In this document: positions 37,901 to 49,700 of the stretch, piece by piece
Layout: each line of letters starts with the position of its first letter
Position numbering within the stretch: position 1 is the first letter of the stretch
Origin: Stegostoma tigrinum
Taxonomy: Eukaryota
Length of the DNA: 64,000 bases
Assembly: GCF_030684315.1 (NCBI RefSeq)
Contig: NC_081367.1
Coordinates: 36,934,792 to 36,998,791 of the forward strand
Direction: 5' to 3'
Notes under the pieces: model-generated
The model's input: only the letters and a program-made list of their open reading frames with translations
What the model was told of the DNA's origin: nothing
Database searches by the model: none
Program-made: the position numbers and the translations under genes

Positions 37901-40900
37901 CCTTTAGAGAATCCTGGACCAACACTCCCAGATCCCTTTGCACTTGTGATTTGCGAATTTTCTCACCATTTAGAAAATAGTCCATGCCTGTATTCTTTTT
38001 TCCAGCAAAACCTCACATTTACTCATATTGAATTTCATCAGCCATTTCCTGGACCACTCTCCTAAACTATCTAAATCTTTCTGCAGCTTCCCCACCTCCT
38101 CAGTACTACCTGCCTGTCCACCTATCTTTGTATCATCGGCAAACTTTGCCAGAATGCCCCCAGTCCCTTCATCCAGATCATTAATATATAAGGTGAACAG
38201 GTGTGGCCCCAACACTGAACCCTGTGGGACACCACTCGTCACCGGTTGCCATTCCGAAAAAGAGCCTTTTATCCCAACTCTCTGCCTTCTGTCAGACAGC
38301 CAATCCTCAATCCAAGCCAGTAGCTCACCTCATCCCTCTGCCTCCGATGTTCTGGGTGAAAATAGCCTCAGCCTATTTGGCATCTCCCTATAGCTCAAAT
38401 CCTCCAACCCTGGCAACATCCTTGTAAGTCTTTTATGAACTTTTTCAAGTTTCACAACATTCTTCCTATAGCAGGGAGAACTGAATGCAGTATTCCAAAG
38501 AAGTGACCTAACCAATGTCCTGTACAGCCACAACAATGACCTCCCAAATTCTCTACTTAATGAATAGACCAATAAAGGCAAGCATACGAAGTGCCTTTCT
38601 CACTATCCTATTTACCTGCAACTCCACCTTCAAGAAACTATGAACCTGCACTCTAAGATCTTTGTTCGCCAACACTCCACAGGACCTTACCCTTAAATGT
38701 ATAAGCCCTGTCCTGATTTGCCTTTCCAAAATGCAGCATCTCACATTTATCTAAATTAAACTTCATCTGCCACTCCTTGGCCCATCTGATCAAGGACAGT
38801 TGTATTCTGAAGTAACATTTGTCATTAAATTTTTTAAAAAGTATATGATAAAGAAAATATCTTTAGACGTGAAGATGATGAAATCTACTAATGGACATAG
38901 AAGGCAGAGTAGACAAAAATAAGGGCACTTAAAGAGGCACCTTGGTCAAAGATAACAGTTGTAGCTGTTTATTAAAGTTCTGACAGATATGAAGAAACTG
39001 AGTAATTCAAAGTAACGGAGTAATGTTTATTGTCTCATTAAAAGGCATGGAGATCAGCTCTCATGATTCCACCATTGGATTGGAAGTTAAGTACAGTTTA
39101 ATAAGTAGATGGATTTAGACAGGCAAGATGTCTGACAATGTTATCAATTATAATGCCATGAATAAGAGACACTGCAAGGACACACCTATCAATTATAACT
39201 AAATAACCAGATATACTGCACTTCACATAGATGTGCTTTGTTTTGAATCAAACATGAAATAAAAACAATCTGCAATAGGAGAACAGCTAAATATTTTAAT
39301 AAAACAATTTGGATGTGTTAAAAAGGATCAATTTAGGATTTTGCAAAAGGCAACTCACCAGATTTTACAGTCGGTTCTCCCCAGTTCTTAGCGTCATCAA
39401 AGAACTCATCCAGCCCTTGACAGGAACCAGAAGTATGCACAGATCTACACTGTGCAGACAGGCTTGATCCCACTCCAAACTTCTGAAATTTGTCCAAGTT
39501 TTTCCTTTAATTACATGAACATTGACAAATTATGGAAGGCCAGCTTCACTTTGCCACACATCTTCAGAACAATGGAATAATCTCTACGTTAACTCTGTTT
39601 TCTCCTCCATAGATGCTGCCAGACCTGCTGAGCTTTTCCAGCAACCTTGTTTTTGTTCCTGATTTACAGCATCTGAAGTTCTTTTGGTTATTATTGAATG
39701 ATCTCTACTTGCCTGGATGAGTACATCTCCTACAACACTCCAGAAGTTTTACACTATCCTGAATGGGAACTATCTTGTTGTATACTACTGCGAGATCAAA
39801 ATCCTGGAACTTGCTTCCCACATAACAATCGGTGTACCCTAGACCTCCAAGGACCATTGCGATTCAAGAAGGTAGCACACCACCATCTTCTCAAGTGAAT
39901 CCCATGAACAAATGAAGAAAAGTTGTTGAAATTTTCCATTTGCTTCACAGGCTATCATTCCAGAATATGAAAGCTCCTAATGGACACATTTCTTGCTGGA
40001 TATTTTCATTTCTTTCTGGATCCTTCTCCATTACAAATTATAAATGCTTACTTTGTTTGATTAGGCAGAAAAAAGGTTTATTTTGAGGTTCTTAAATTCA
40101 CTTTTTTCAGGTCTCATAGGTCAGTTAAGGATGCCTTCTGTAATTATTTAAAACTTTCTCATACTCCTCAAAGAACTTAACCTCTCATCCATGATCTACC
40201 CCATAGTCAAGTCCTGGGACATGGGTATGTCACAACAGAGATGTTATTATACAATGTAATGACATTACAAATGTGAAGTGCAAACCTTGCAATGCATCAA
40301 GATCAAGAGGAATCTGACTAATTGCAGGTCTAAACTGTAGACAATTTATAGTCATGGAGCATTTTTAGCATAAAAAATCCCTTCACAGCTGCCTTCTAAA
40401 GCGCAAATATGTAAAAACAACTGTTTAGTATTCCTGAAATATCAAGAAATCTGAGTATTTATTTGTAGAACATACTCAAACAAAAGAATTACGGAATCTC
40501 TATACCATAAAGACAAGTGACTTAATGCTGTGATAACAAGCGTGGAGCCGGATGAACACAGCAGGTCAAGCAGCATCTCAGGAGCACAAAAGCGACGTTC
40601 GGGCCTAGACCCTTCATCAGAAAAGGGGGATGGGGAGACGATTCTGAAATAAAGAGAGAGAGAGGGGGAGGCGGACTGAAGATGGATACAGGAGAAGATA
40701 GGTGGAGAAGACAGTATAGGTGGGGAGGTAGGGAGGGGATAGGTCAGTCTGGAGAGGATGGACAGGTCAAGGGGGCGGGATGAGGTTAGTAGGTAGGAAA
40801 TGGAGTTGTGGCTTGAGGTGGGAAGAGGGGATAGGTGAGAGGAAGAACAGGTTAGGGAGGTGGGGATGAGCTGGCTGGTTTTGAGAGGCAGCGGAGGGAG

Positions 40901-43900
40901 GAGAGATTTTGAAGCTGGTGAAATCCACATTGATACCATTGGGCTGCAGGGTTCCCAAGTGGAATATGAGTTGCTGTTTCTGCAACCTACGTGTGGCATC
41001 ATTATGGTACTGCTGGAAGCACAGGATGGACATGTCTAAGGAATGGGCCGAATGTTTCTGTGTGTGAGATTAAGAGTCTCTACAATGTGTTTGACAATTT
41101 CTCTGGCTGTTGTGATTGTTAACTTCACTTGGGTTTTACAGCATGTGTATGTCTCTTGCACATTGTTACCAGTGTTGGTTGTTGGCATGTTCGTCTTCTA
41201 CACCTTCATTTTCCAAGCATATCTTTATTTGTGTATTCAGTGCACAATGGGAATTCTGTATAGTTCCCTAAGGTGGCTTGTTTCTCTTCAATGTTGTACC
41301 ATTATGTATTGTGACTGTGGGAAATAGGCAGCGTGCACACTTACACTGCACCTGTGGATAACCAGATTCTTTGAGTAGGCTTCAACTATCTGTCCAACAC
41401 ACATATCAGGCAGTTCCACAGTGGTGACCTGTACCTGTTTACGCCAAAATAGCCCATATTTGAAAGACACAAAAAGGCCAACAAGGGTTAGAATAATTGA
41501 ATTAAAACACAATGGTACCTTTAAATAAGACTACTTCAAGGTCAGCAAAACAGCCTTACCACCAACTACCCAAGTTAAAGGAATGCCTAAGAGCAATCAT
41601 TCCAGCCTCATTAATGAAAGAATGATTGCGCCAGTAAATGAATAACACCAAGTGCAGGTCTCAGCCCATGAGGTAGCCAAGACTAACTCTCTAAACAGCT
41701 GCAAAGGCAACAGCTAAAGTTACTTTGTAGTAAGTAGTTGCTTCTTTGAAGCTACCTGCAATACTAGATAGACTCTAAAGGTAGGTTTCAACATATAACC
41801 AAAGTATAATACACGCATTAGGGAAAAAGTATTTAAACCTAGATGTGAAAAGTTAATTAACCTTGGCATAAACACCTTTATCTTATGCTCTGAGCAAGAT
41901 AGATTGTTCACAACCCATTCATTACAACATGCTAAGAGTAGAAGTAGCTGTACAACTTTACATTCAATAACTAACTTTATAACAGAAATTAACCATGTCA
42001 GATCACGGGAAGCTGAGCTGTCCATAGGAATGCCCATTATTTGATGTCCCGCGGAATTGTGTGTATGGATCAATATGGAAGGACGGCGACTATGCTGTAT
42101 TTGATTATTGTAATCGATTGTGTATAAAATGCTGTATTTTTCACTGTAAAAATGAGAATGTGTCATTGATCTCCCTTCCAATTCAGGGAAAATTCTCTGG
42201 CCCTCTCCCTGCCTTAACTGATTTGTGCTTGAATAAACATCTTCCACTTGCCTGAATCCTGCCTGCCTCCTGAGTTTTTGTCTCTGGTCGGAGGGGTTCA
42301 CTCCTACAGTTATGTATTGTCTTCTACTCCTTGGTGGGCAGGTTGTGGTTAGGCAGGGTTGTCTTTGAAGAATAATGTCTTCCAGTTACAGTGAGCATAC
42401 ATCTAAAAGTATCACTCTTACTGGGAAACACTATGATACATAAATAGTGTGAAAATCATGCATGTCATCACCATGTTGTTTAATGATCATTGCTTTAATG
42501 GTGCAAACAATGCAATCAGCAAGACCATCCAATGTGGGATAATGTAGTAAAGCTGATGTAAGGTTTATGACCCATTTGGCACATGTATCCCTAAAAAGTA
42601 CTGTTGCTCATAGTCAGGGATGAATTCTTGAGGTCTACAAAATAGACTGAGTATTGTACGCCATAGATCTGCTGCAGATGCACTTGAAGTGTTCTTATAT
42701 TCACATTTGGGAATTTGGAAAAATAGTGATTCAGAGAAAATCAATACCACGTATGGTGAATAAATCTGTTGTGATTTTAGACCATGGGATCGATGGAATC
42801 TTGCAAGGGTATTTTTGCATTGATGTGATTGGTGACTCAGGCATGCTTCTCACATCTATTCTTCGGTCGTTGTTGATAACTGACCAATACCTTATAACCT
42901 GTATCAGCTGTTTTGGTCCCCTATACCTGTTAATTACAACGTGCTAAGAGTAGAAGCAGCTCTTAACACAGCTGTAACAATAAATGCAACAAAACAGCTT
43001 GGGACACATTACTTTTATCTCTTTTAAGATTATGCCTCAAATTATATCGCTCATCTCTGTACAGTCAGAAGCATCGGAGAGAGATTGGCATTTCTTGTAA
43101 TGTATGAGGCCTCCCCCTCCTATAGCCCTTTTAGTTGTGCACCATTAGCCATTTCTTCTTGTTGATTCTTTGGAACAGTCTTTGTTAAAAGCAGTGGAAG
43201 CAGAGTACTTGAATATTTTTCAGGCTGAGAGATAGACAGATTCTTGATAAGCAACAGGGCAAAACGCCTGACTCTCAGAAGTAGGCAAGTATGTGGAGTA
43301 ATCAGAGATAATGGGAACTGCAGATGCTGGAGATTCCAAGATAATAAAATGTGAGGCTGGATGAACACAGCAGGCCAAGCAGCATCTCAGGAGCACAAAA
43401 GCTTATCAGAGATAATGGGAACTGCAGATGCTGGAGATTCCAAGATAATAAAATGTGAGGCTGGATGGTGTGCTCCTGAGATGCTGCTTGGCCTGCTGTG
43501 TTCATCCAGCCTCACATTTTATTATGTGGAGTAATCAGATCAGCCACGATTTAACTGAATGGTGAATCTCCAAAAGGTCCACAGCGTCACAGGTGCCATT
43601 TATTAGCCTGTTTGATTCACTCTGTGTGATATCAAGAAACGGTTGAAGGCACTAGATCCTGTAAAAGTTGAGAGCCCTGACATAATATTGCCAATAGTAC
43701 TAAAGACACGCTCCAGAATGTGCCACACCCCTATTCCAGCTGTTCCAGTATAGCTACAACACTGGCATATGCCTGACAATGTTAAAAATTGCCTGGTTAT
43801 GTCCTGTACACAAAACAAAACAAGATAAATACAATGCAGGCAATAACCAACCCATACAGTCTACTCTCAATTATCAGTAAAGTAATGGAAGATATCATTA

Positions 43901-45974
43901 ATAATGCTATCAAGCAGCACCTGCATAACAATAATCTGCTCACTGATGTCTAGTTTCGGTTCCACCAGAGCCACTCAGTTCCTGACCTCATTACAGCATC
44001 GATTTAAATATGGACAAAAGAGGACATGTGAGAGTGACAGCTCTTGACATCAAGGCTACATTTGACTGAGTATGCATGTTATTGGAGGTCAACCATCTCA
44101 GCTCCATGACATTTCTGCAGTGGAGTGTCCTTGGCCTAATCATTGCTTCATCAATGACCTTCCCATTGTGAAGTCAGAAGTGGGCATGTTCACCAATGAC
44201 TGCAGCGTTCAGCATATTCATGACTTTTCAGATACTGAAACTGTTCATGTTCAAATGCAACAAGTCATGAACAATACCCCTATGTGGTCTAAAAACTGGC
44301 AAGTGACAGTCATGCCACATAAATACCAAGCAGTTACCAACTCTAATAAGAAACAATCTGACTACAGCCCCATAACATCCGGTAGAGTTACCATAACTGA
44401 ATCCTTCATTATCAACATACTGGAGTTCACCACTGACTAGAAACTGAAGTGGACTCACCATATAAATAGTGGCTAAGTGAGCAGGTCAGAAGTCAAGAAT
44501 AGTGGTTAGAACACACAAGTCAGGTGTGTGATGGAACATTCCTCATTTGGATGGATGAGTGCACTTCGATAACACTCAAGAAGCTTGACACCATCAGGAT
44601 AAAGCAGCCCACATGACTGGCACCACATGCACTCACTCCCTCTAGCACAGATGCTTAGCAGCAGCAGTGTGTACTATCTAAAGTTGCGCTGCAGAAACTC
44701 AGGCAAGATTCTTTGACAGCACCTTCCAAAACTACAACCACTTCCATTCAGAAGGATAGTGGTGGGGATGGGGATGGGCTGCTGATAAATGAGAACACCA
44801 CCAACTGCTACTTCCCCTCCAACTCACTCACCAACTGAAAATATATTGGCATTCCTTCACTGTCGCTGGGTCAAAAAATCACAGAATTCCCTCCCTTATG
44901 GCATTGTGGGTGTACCTGCAGTACATGGGCTGCAGCAACTCAAGAAGGCAGCTCACCATCACCTTCTAAAAAGGCAACTAAGAATAAGAAATAAATGCTG
45001 GCCAGCCAGCGATACCCACATCAGGCAAGTTAAAAAAAAAAGCTTGATGGGCCATGTGGCCAACTTCTGTTCATAATCCATATATGTGAGTGTTCCTGAA
45101 GTTGCTTGCATTTGTGCTGGCCAAAATTCATCCATGTTATCTACTTATAAATCCAGTGGAACTTCTGTACTCTTGTTCAAGGTAGCCATTTTAATCCCAG
45201 TTTGCAGAAGATGCTTGTGCTTTTGCTACACTGTAGTGTAGTACTTTTACCGTACTGGTATGTATCAAATTGTTTCCAATGATTTGTGACTGGTTTCCAC
45301 AGTGGACCACTTACTTAACAGGTATCGTACAGGTGAAAGTATTAACCACTACGTTTGCACTAGACTTCTGTATCCAAATGTGTTTTGCTTGCTCTTGGTC
45401 TTTATGAAATGCACTGATATCCAAGATTGTCTTCTTCCATTTGGTCAGAGTGCTGCAGAATACAAGTTTCTGCCAACAACATTGGTTGGAGTGATTCACC
45501 GCGAGTTAATTGTTCTCTGACATTTCCTTAAGATTCTCCTAAAGGCAATGCTTCAAAAGTTTGTCACAAATGGTGCAAGGACGTCTCGGCCGATCTTTTG
45601 TGTCTTGGGTAGGGGGCATATGTACTACATCTTTGCCTGTGTTGTAACGGATCCCATATGCTATAGAAGTAGCGCCAAAAACAAGAGTTGATCCGTCCTA
45701 CTCTCATCTGGTAATTCTTGTTTCTTTCACGAAAGGTACTGCAGGTCTCTGATGTACTCCATGCTGCAGTCTTCTTGTTTGGTTGAGTCTATTGTAACCT
45801 CTGATTACACTTTTGGACAGGGGTCCCCGTCTTCACGGGCCAAACCCACCTCCCGGTCAGTCACGGGCCAACTCAGACCCCCCCGCCCCGCGCCCCGCGC
45901 CCCGCGGTTACTCACGGGCCGATCCGGAAGGTTTTACTCAGACGCAAGCACCAGCTCACGACACGCGCCGCCAT
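32000..45974 (-). CDS. MRPL47: Mitochondrial ribosomal protein L47 (uL29m), 7 coding exons, 232 aa
   Basis: Minus-strand exons 45974-45916, 39504-39359, 36756-36696, 36476-36380, 36099-35969, 33707-33612, 32108-32000 = 699 nt, GT-AG, in phase. Contains [70 protein letters not shown] and [15 protein letters not shown]; basic N-terminal presequence. Confidence 0.95.
33060..33385. mobile_element. Interspersed SINE/LINE-tail repeat
   Basis: GGCCAGCATTTATT..CCCT is the reverse complement of the LINE tail at 44990; tRNA-like GGATTCAAACCCAGGTCC. Confidence 0.5.
36860..38810 (-). mobile_element. Two nested CR1-type LINE fragments (younger copy ~37232-38330 inside an older one)
   Basis: Inner RT motifs [40 protein letters not shown]; the outer copy resumes after 38330 ([26 protein letters not shown]). 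Confidence 0.88.
40532..41040 (-). mobile_element. PLE 3' end: endonuclease C-terminus plus terminal region with hammerhead-like motif
   Basis: [27 protein letters not shown], then a pyrimidine-rich tract and CTGATGAAGGGTCTAGGCCCGAACGTC (40620-40594), continuing into the sequence shared with the short elements. Confidence 0.88.
41726..42308 (+). mobile_element. Putative solo LTR
   Basis: TGTAG...CTACA termini, TATAAAA at 42123, AATAAA at 42232 followed by a U5-like tract; TSD not evident. Confidence 0.45.
43302..43525. mobile_element. Composite PLE-end derivative (two tandem tails plus one inverted tail)
   Basis: TCAGAGATAATGGGAACTGCAGATGCTGGAG.. twice, then an inverted arm; TATGTGGAGTAATCAGA duplicated at 43290 and 43523. 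Confidence 0.85.
43600..45040 (+). mobile_element. Decayed CR1/L2-clade LINE RT region and 3' tail
   Basis: Remnants [38 protein letters not shown]; A-run at 45032. Confidence 0.7.
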
Positions 45975-46700
45975 CTTACTCCCAGAATGCACAACGTCAC
46001 TGGTAGCCTGGCAACCGGCCGCCAGAGCAGCTCACTGATCAATATTAACTCATTTTTTCTCATTGGCAATGTGTCAAGTTTGGAAACGTCAGGTTAAATG
46101 AAAAGAAATCGATCCTGTACATTATCCGAAGTAAATAATCTTGTCATTTCAGCTAGTTTGTGCAACCAAAGAAAGCACGGTCTTGATGTCTGTAATACAA
46201 TAAAACACTGTATGGATGTTTCAATCTGAAACAGAAAATACGATATTAACGTCGACAACGTTCACTCCACCCTTTCACAAAGCGCAAGAACATGTTGACA
46301 GAAATTTATAAAGAATCTGATTTGAAAGTTTGTTGACTATTCGCTGTACAGTGTGGGATAGTGAGAAATGATTCTGAATCCTGCCATGGTCAAAGATGGC
46401 GCCTGCAGGCTTCCGTCTCATGTGATCACTAAGGCAACCCGGGGAGTATCAAAGATGGCGCAAACTGGCCTTTTCCGTTTCGGTGACGAAAGCGTCGAGG
46501 ACTATCAAAGATGGCGCTGGCCTGCATCCGTTTTGCGACCCCTGGGGCGATCAAGGAGTATCAAAGATGGCGGTGTTAAGTGTGTTGAGGGTTGCGGCTG
46601 CTGTTGTGGCGCGGCGACCTTCACCCAAACTGCAGTATCTGGCTGGAAATTCCTTGCTCAAGGCCTTTCCTGCAGCTGCTAAAGGTATGGCTAGCCCTAA
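45830..46700. promoter_or_regulatory. Bidirectional promoter shared by MRPL47 and NDUFB5
   Basis: Divergent ATGs at 45974 (-) and 46567 (+), 592 bp between them; CpG-rich ends; five AAGATGGCG YY1-type motifs; ATTGG at 46062. Confidence 0.85.
46390..46572 (+). repeat. Degenerate ~56-bp tandem repeat, each unit starting TCAAAGATGGCG
   Basis: The 12-mer occurs at 46390, 46449, 46505 and 46561; units share internal TCCGT and terminal GGA[G/C]TA. Confidence 0.85.
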
Positions 46701-49700
46701 CCGGCTGTTAGTTCAGCTTGGTCGTCTGTGTCCGGAAACCGATTGACCTTGTGAAGTGCATCAGGATACAGCAAAAACTTACATTTATGTAGCGAACTTG
46801 CTCAAGGGGTGTTATAAGGCCAGTTTTGACGTTCAGCCCCTAGGTGGGTGCTGTGTCAGTACAGGTGTTAAGAGCTTGATCAGAGTTTGAGATAACAAGG
46901 TGTAGAGCTGGATGAACACAGTAGGCCAAGCAGCATCATAGGATCAGGAAGGCTGATGTTTCGGATCTAGACCCTCTTGATTAGAGTTTGCTTCATTAGT
47001 ATCTCACAAGGGGAAAAGGAGCGATGTACGAAAATGGAGGTAAGACGGATTTTTTTTTTAGGACCTAGCCTCTAAAAGTACGGCCATTTATGTAGAGCGA
47101 ATAACATTCGGAATACTCAAGAGATAGAATTAGAGGAATAAAGAAGGGTCTCGGGTCGGAAGAATTTGCAACTGAAGTCGTGGATGAATTTAAAATTAAG
47201 ATGCAACTGGAAGTTGCCCTAAGCCTATGAATGTTGGTTCGCTACATAAATGTAAGTTTTTGTTGCATCCTGATGCACTTCATAAGGTCAATCGGTTCCC
47301 TGACACAGACGACCAACTGGTGATGGTTGAATGGGACCTGGAGTGAGTTGAGACAGAAGCAGAAGAGTTTTTTGACTTAGTGGAAATTCACAGAGTAATA
47401 TGTGTGAGGCTAACCTGACAAGTAACAGTCAACATAATCAGAAATTGCTGGAGAAACTCAGCAGGTCTGGCAGCATCAATGGAGAGAGAAATGAAGTCAC
47501 TGTTTAAAATCCAGTGACCCTTCTTCAGAACTGAACAGTCAAGGCTTGTAAGAAGACCTTGTAACAGTCTCTACCACAAGAAACAAAGTATTTGACAATC
47601 TAATAGGACTAAAGGCAGACAAGTTGCCAGGCCTGCATCCAAGGATTTTATAAGATGTACCTTCAGACATAGGGGAGGCATTGGTCAAAATATTCCAGAA
47701 CATTCTGGATTCTGTGAGGGCTCCAATAGATTGGAAAATAATTGTGATGCTCCTGTTTAAAAGGAAAAGAGAGTATAAGCTAGTTAGCCTAATACTGGTC
47801 ATTGGAAAAATGCTAGAATCCACTGTTAAGGGAGAAATAGCTGAACACAGTCGAGCAACAAATCTGATATTATCTTATGAATGATTAAAATAAAATGAAT
47901 TGATAATCAAAGCTCTAGAAATAAATATTTTTGGACAAAACTCAGTGAAAATTTAAACTTAACTGTAATAGTGCAGTTACCACCCAAATACATCCTGTGG
48001 AACAAAATAAAGAGAGTATTTAATACATGCTGAATGTGCAAAGGGAACAACTCACCTTTATTAAAAAAAGTACATTTCTAAAGGATTTCTTACGTAAATA
48101 TTTTTAATCATCTATTCGGATGAGTTCTGCTGCACCTCTGGACCAGGTGGAATGTGAACCCAGAACACCGTTCTTTATTTTTAGAAAAATCAACCTGTTC
48201 ACACATTATCTCACAGTGTGGAGCAGGTCACATTTGAACCCAGGTAACCCTAGCTCAGAGGTAGGACATCACCAATGTGCCCCAAGGGCCCTTTATTCTT
48301 GTATATACAGAGCCGTTACATAGCACTTTGTGATGAGGGAGAACTTTGGTTTTTGCATGTCCCTTAAAATCATTTCTGTTTTTGTAAGAGCTTATGTCTG
48401 AGATTCTTTTCCTTTTTACCTATTCTGACTTTGTGTAAAGCTGCCTTCCTGTTTCTTCAGTAAGGTGGCAGGGTGGCTCAGTAGTTAGCACTCCTATCCC
48501 AAGACCCAGGGGACCCAGGTTTGATTCCACCCTCAGGCGACTGTTTGTGTGGTGTTTGCACATTCTCCTTGTGTCTGCATGGGTTTCCTCCTACAGTCTC
48601 AAAATGTACAGGATAGGTAGATTGGCGAGCTAAATTGCCCATAGTGTCCAGGGATGTGTAGGTTAGGTGGATTAGCTATGTGGAATGCAGGGTCATAGGA
48701 TAGGGATGTGGGTCTGGCAAGGATGCTGTTTGGAGGGTCAGTGTGTTTTGATAGGCTGATTGGCCTCCTTCCGCACCACAGTGAATCTTTGTTCTATGTT
48801 TTGTGCATCTGTGATGTTTGGAACAGTACGATTCCCTCTACGGTCAGTCTCCTGAGTTCTGCCTGTGCGTATGTCTCCGGAATGCTTCTAATACAAGATG
48901 AAAGTCAGACTGATTTTAACTTGTGTAGCAGACATTGTGGAAGTGTATTTTTCTTTCCTGTTAACTATTAATTCACAAGTTAAGGGAACCTGTTTGGAAA
49001 ATTGGACAGGAACCCACAGTGCAGGAATTTTATCCACATTTATATTTATCCCTTTTGTTTTGGTGTTATGCACCTGCATTTATTTTGTGTTTATTCCTGT
49101 TTTTAAATTAGGTTAATACACATTAAGGCAGTTCAGAGGAAGGGTCACTGGACCCGAAACATTATCTCTAATTTTTTCTTCACAGATGCTGCCAGACCTG
49201 CTGAGCTTTTCCAGCAACTTCTGCTTTTGTTACACATTATAGCAGTTCTGGTATGTTAGCCTAATTCCCACTGTTTTGTCATCTTATCGAAAGAAAATAG
49301 GTGTCTGTACTGGGGTACACTACAAATGGAAAATCTGTGTAATTATGGTAAATCTGCCATGGAAACTTGAGTGGCGATAGCATCCTTAACATGAGCCTTG
49401 TTTTGAATCATTGGAGTATGAACAGGAATCATATGAGAAAATTTGGCCTAGTGTTTCCTTTATAGCTCTGAAAGTTGTTTTCATTGAAAGTCCACGCAAT
49501 AGGTCGTCGTAATGTCAAAATGCTTTAATGCTAAATGTGTAATTCTTAAATGATATAGTTTCTGTTGTTTTAAACAAAAATACATATTTTGCATTCAGCC
49601 TGTCTTCCAAATCATACAACAGTCTGTATTTGGATAACAATTTTGATGATATCCCACAGTTACATGTGAAAATAAAGTTTCCATTGGAAAACAAATCTGA

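Noticed and set aside
41720-42301. 193-aa minus-strand ORF
   Set aside because: No recognisable domain or splice context; overlaps the LTR-like segment.
45050-45800. Possible decayed retroviral integrase on the minus strand (VVVNTFT)
   Set aside because: Only one weak motif resemblance; no continuous frame or DDE spacing can be shown by eye.
46368-46746. ORFs of 104 aa and 87 aa as separate genes
   Set aside because: One is NDUFB5 exon 1 read through into the intron from a GTG; the other is an out-of-frame reading of the promoter repeat.
48465-48540. tRNA genes at SINE heads (also 1957, 54620, 58412)
   Set aside because: A and B boxes are present but there is no full cloverleaf, and each continues into the SINE body.
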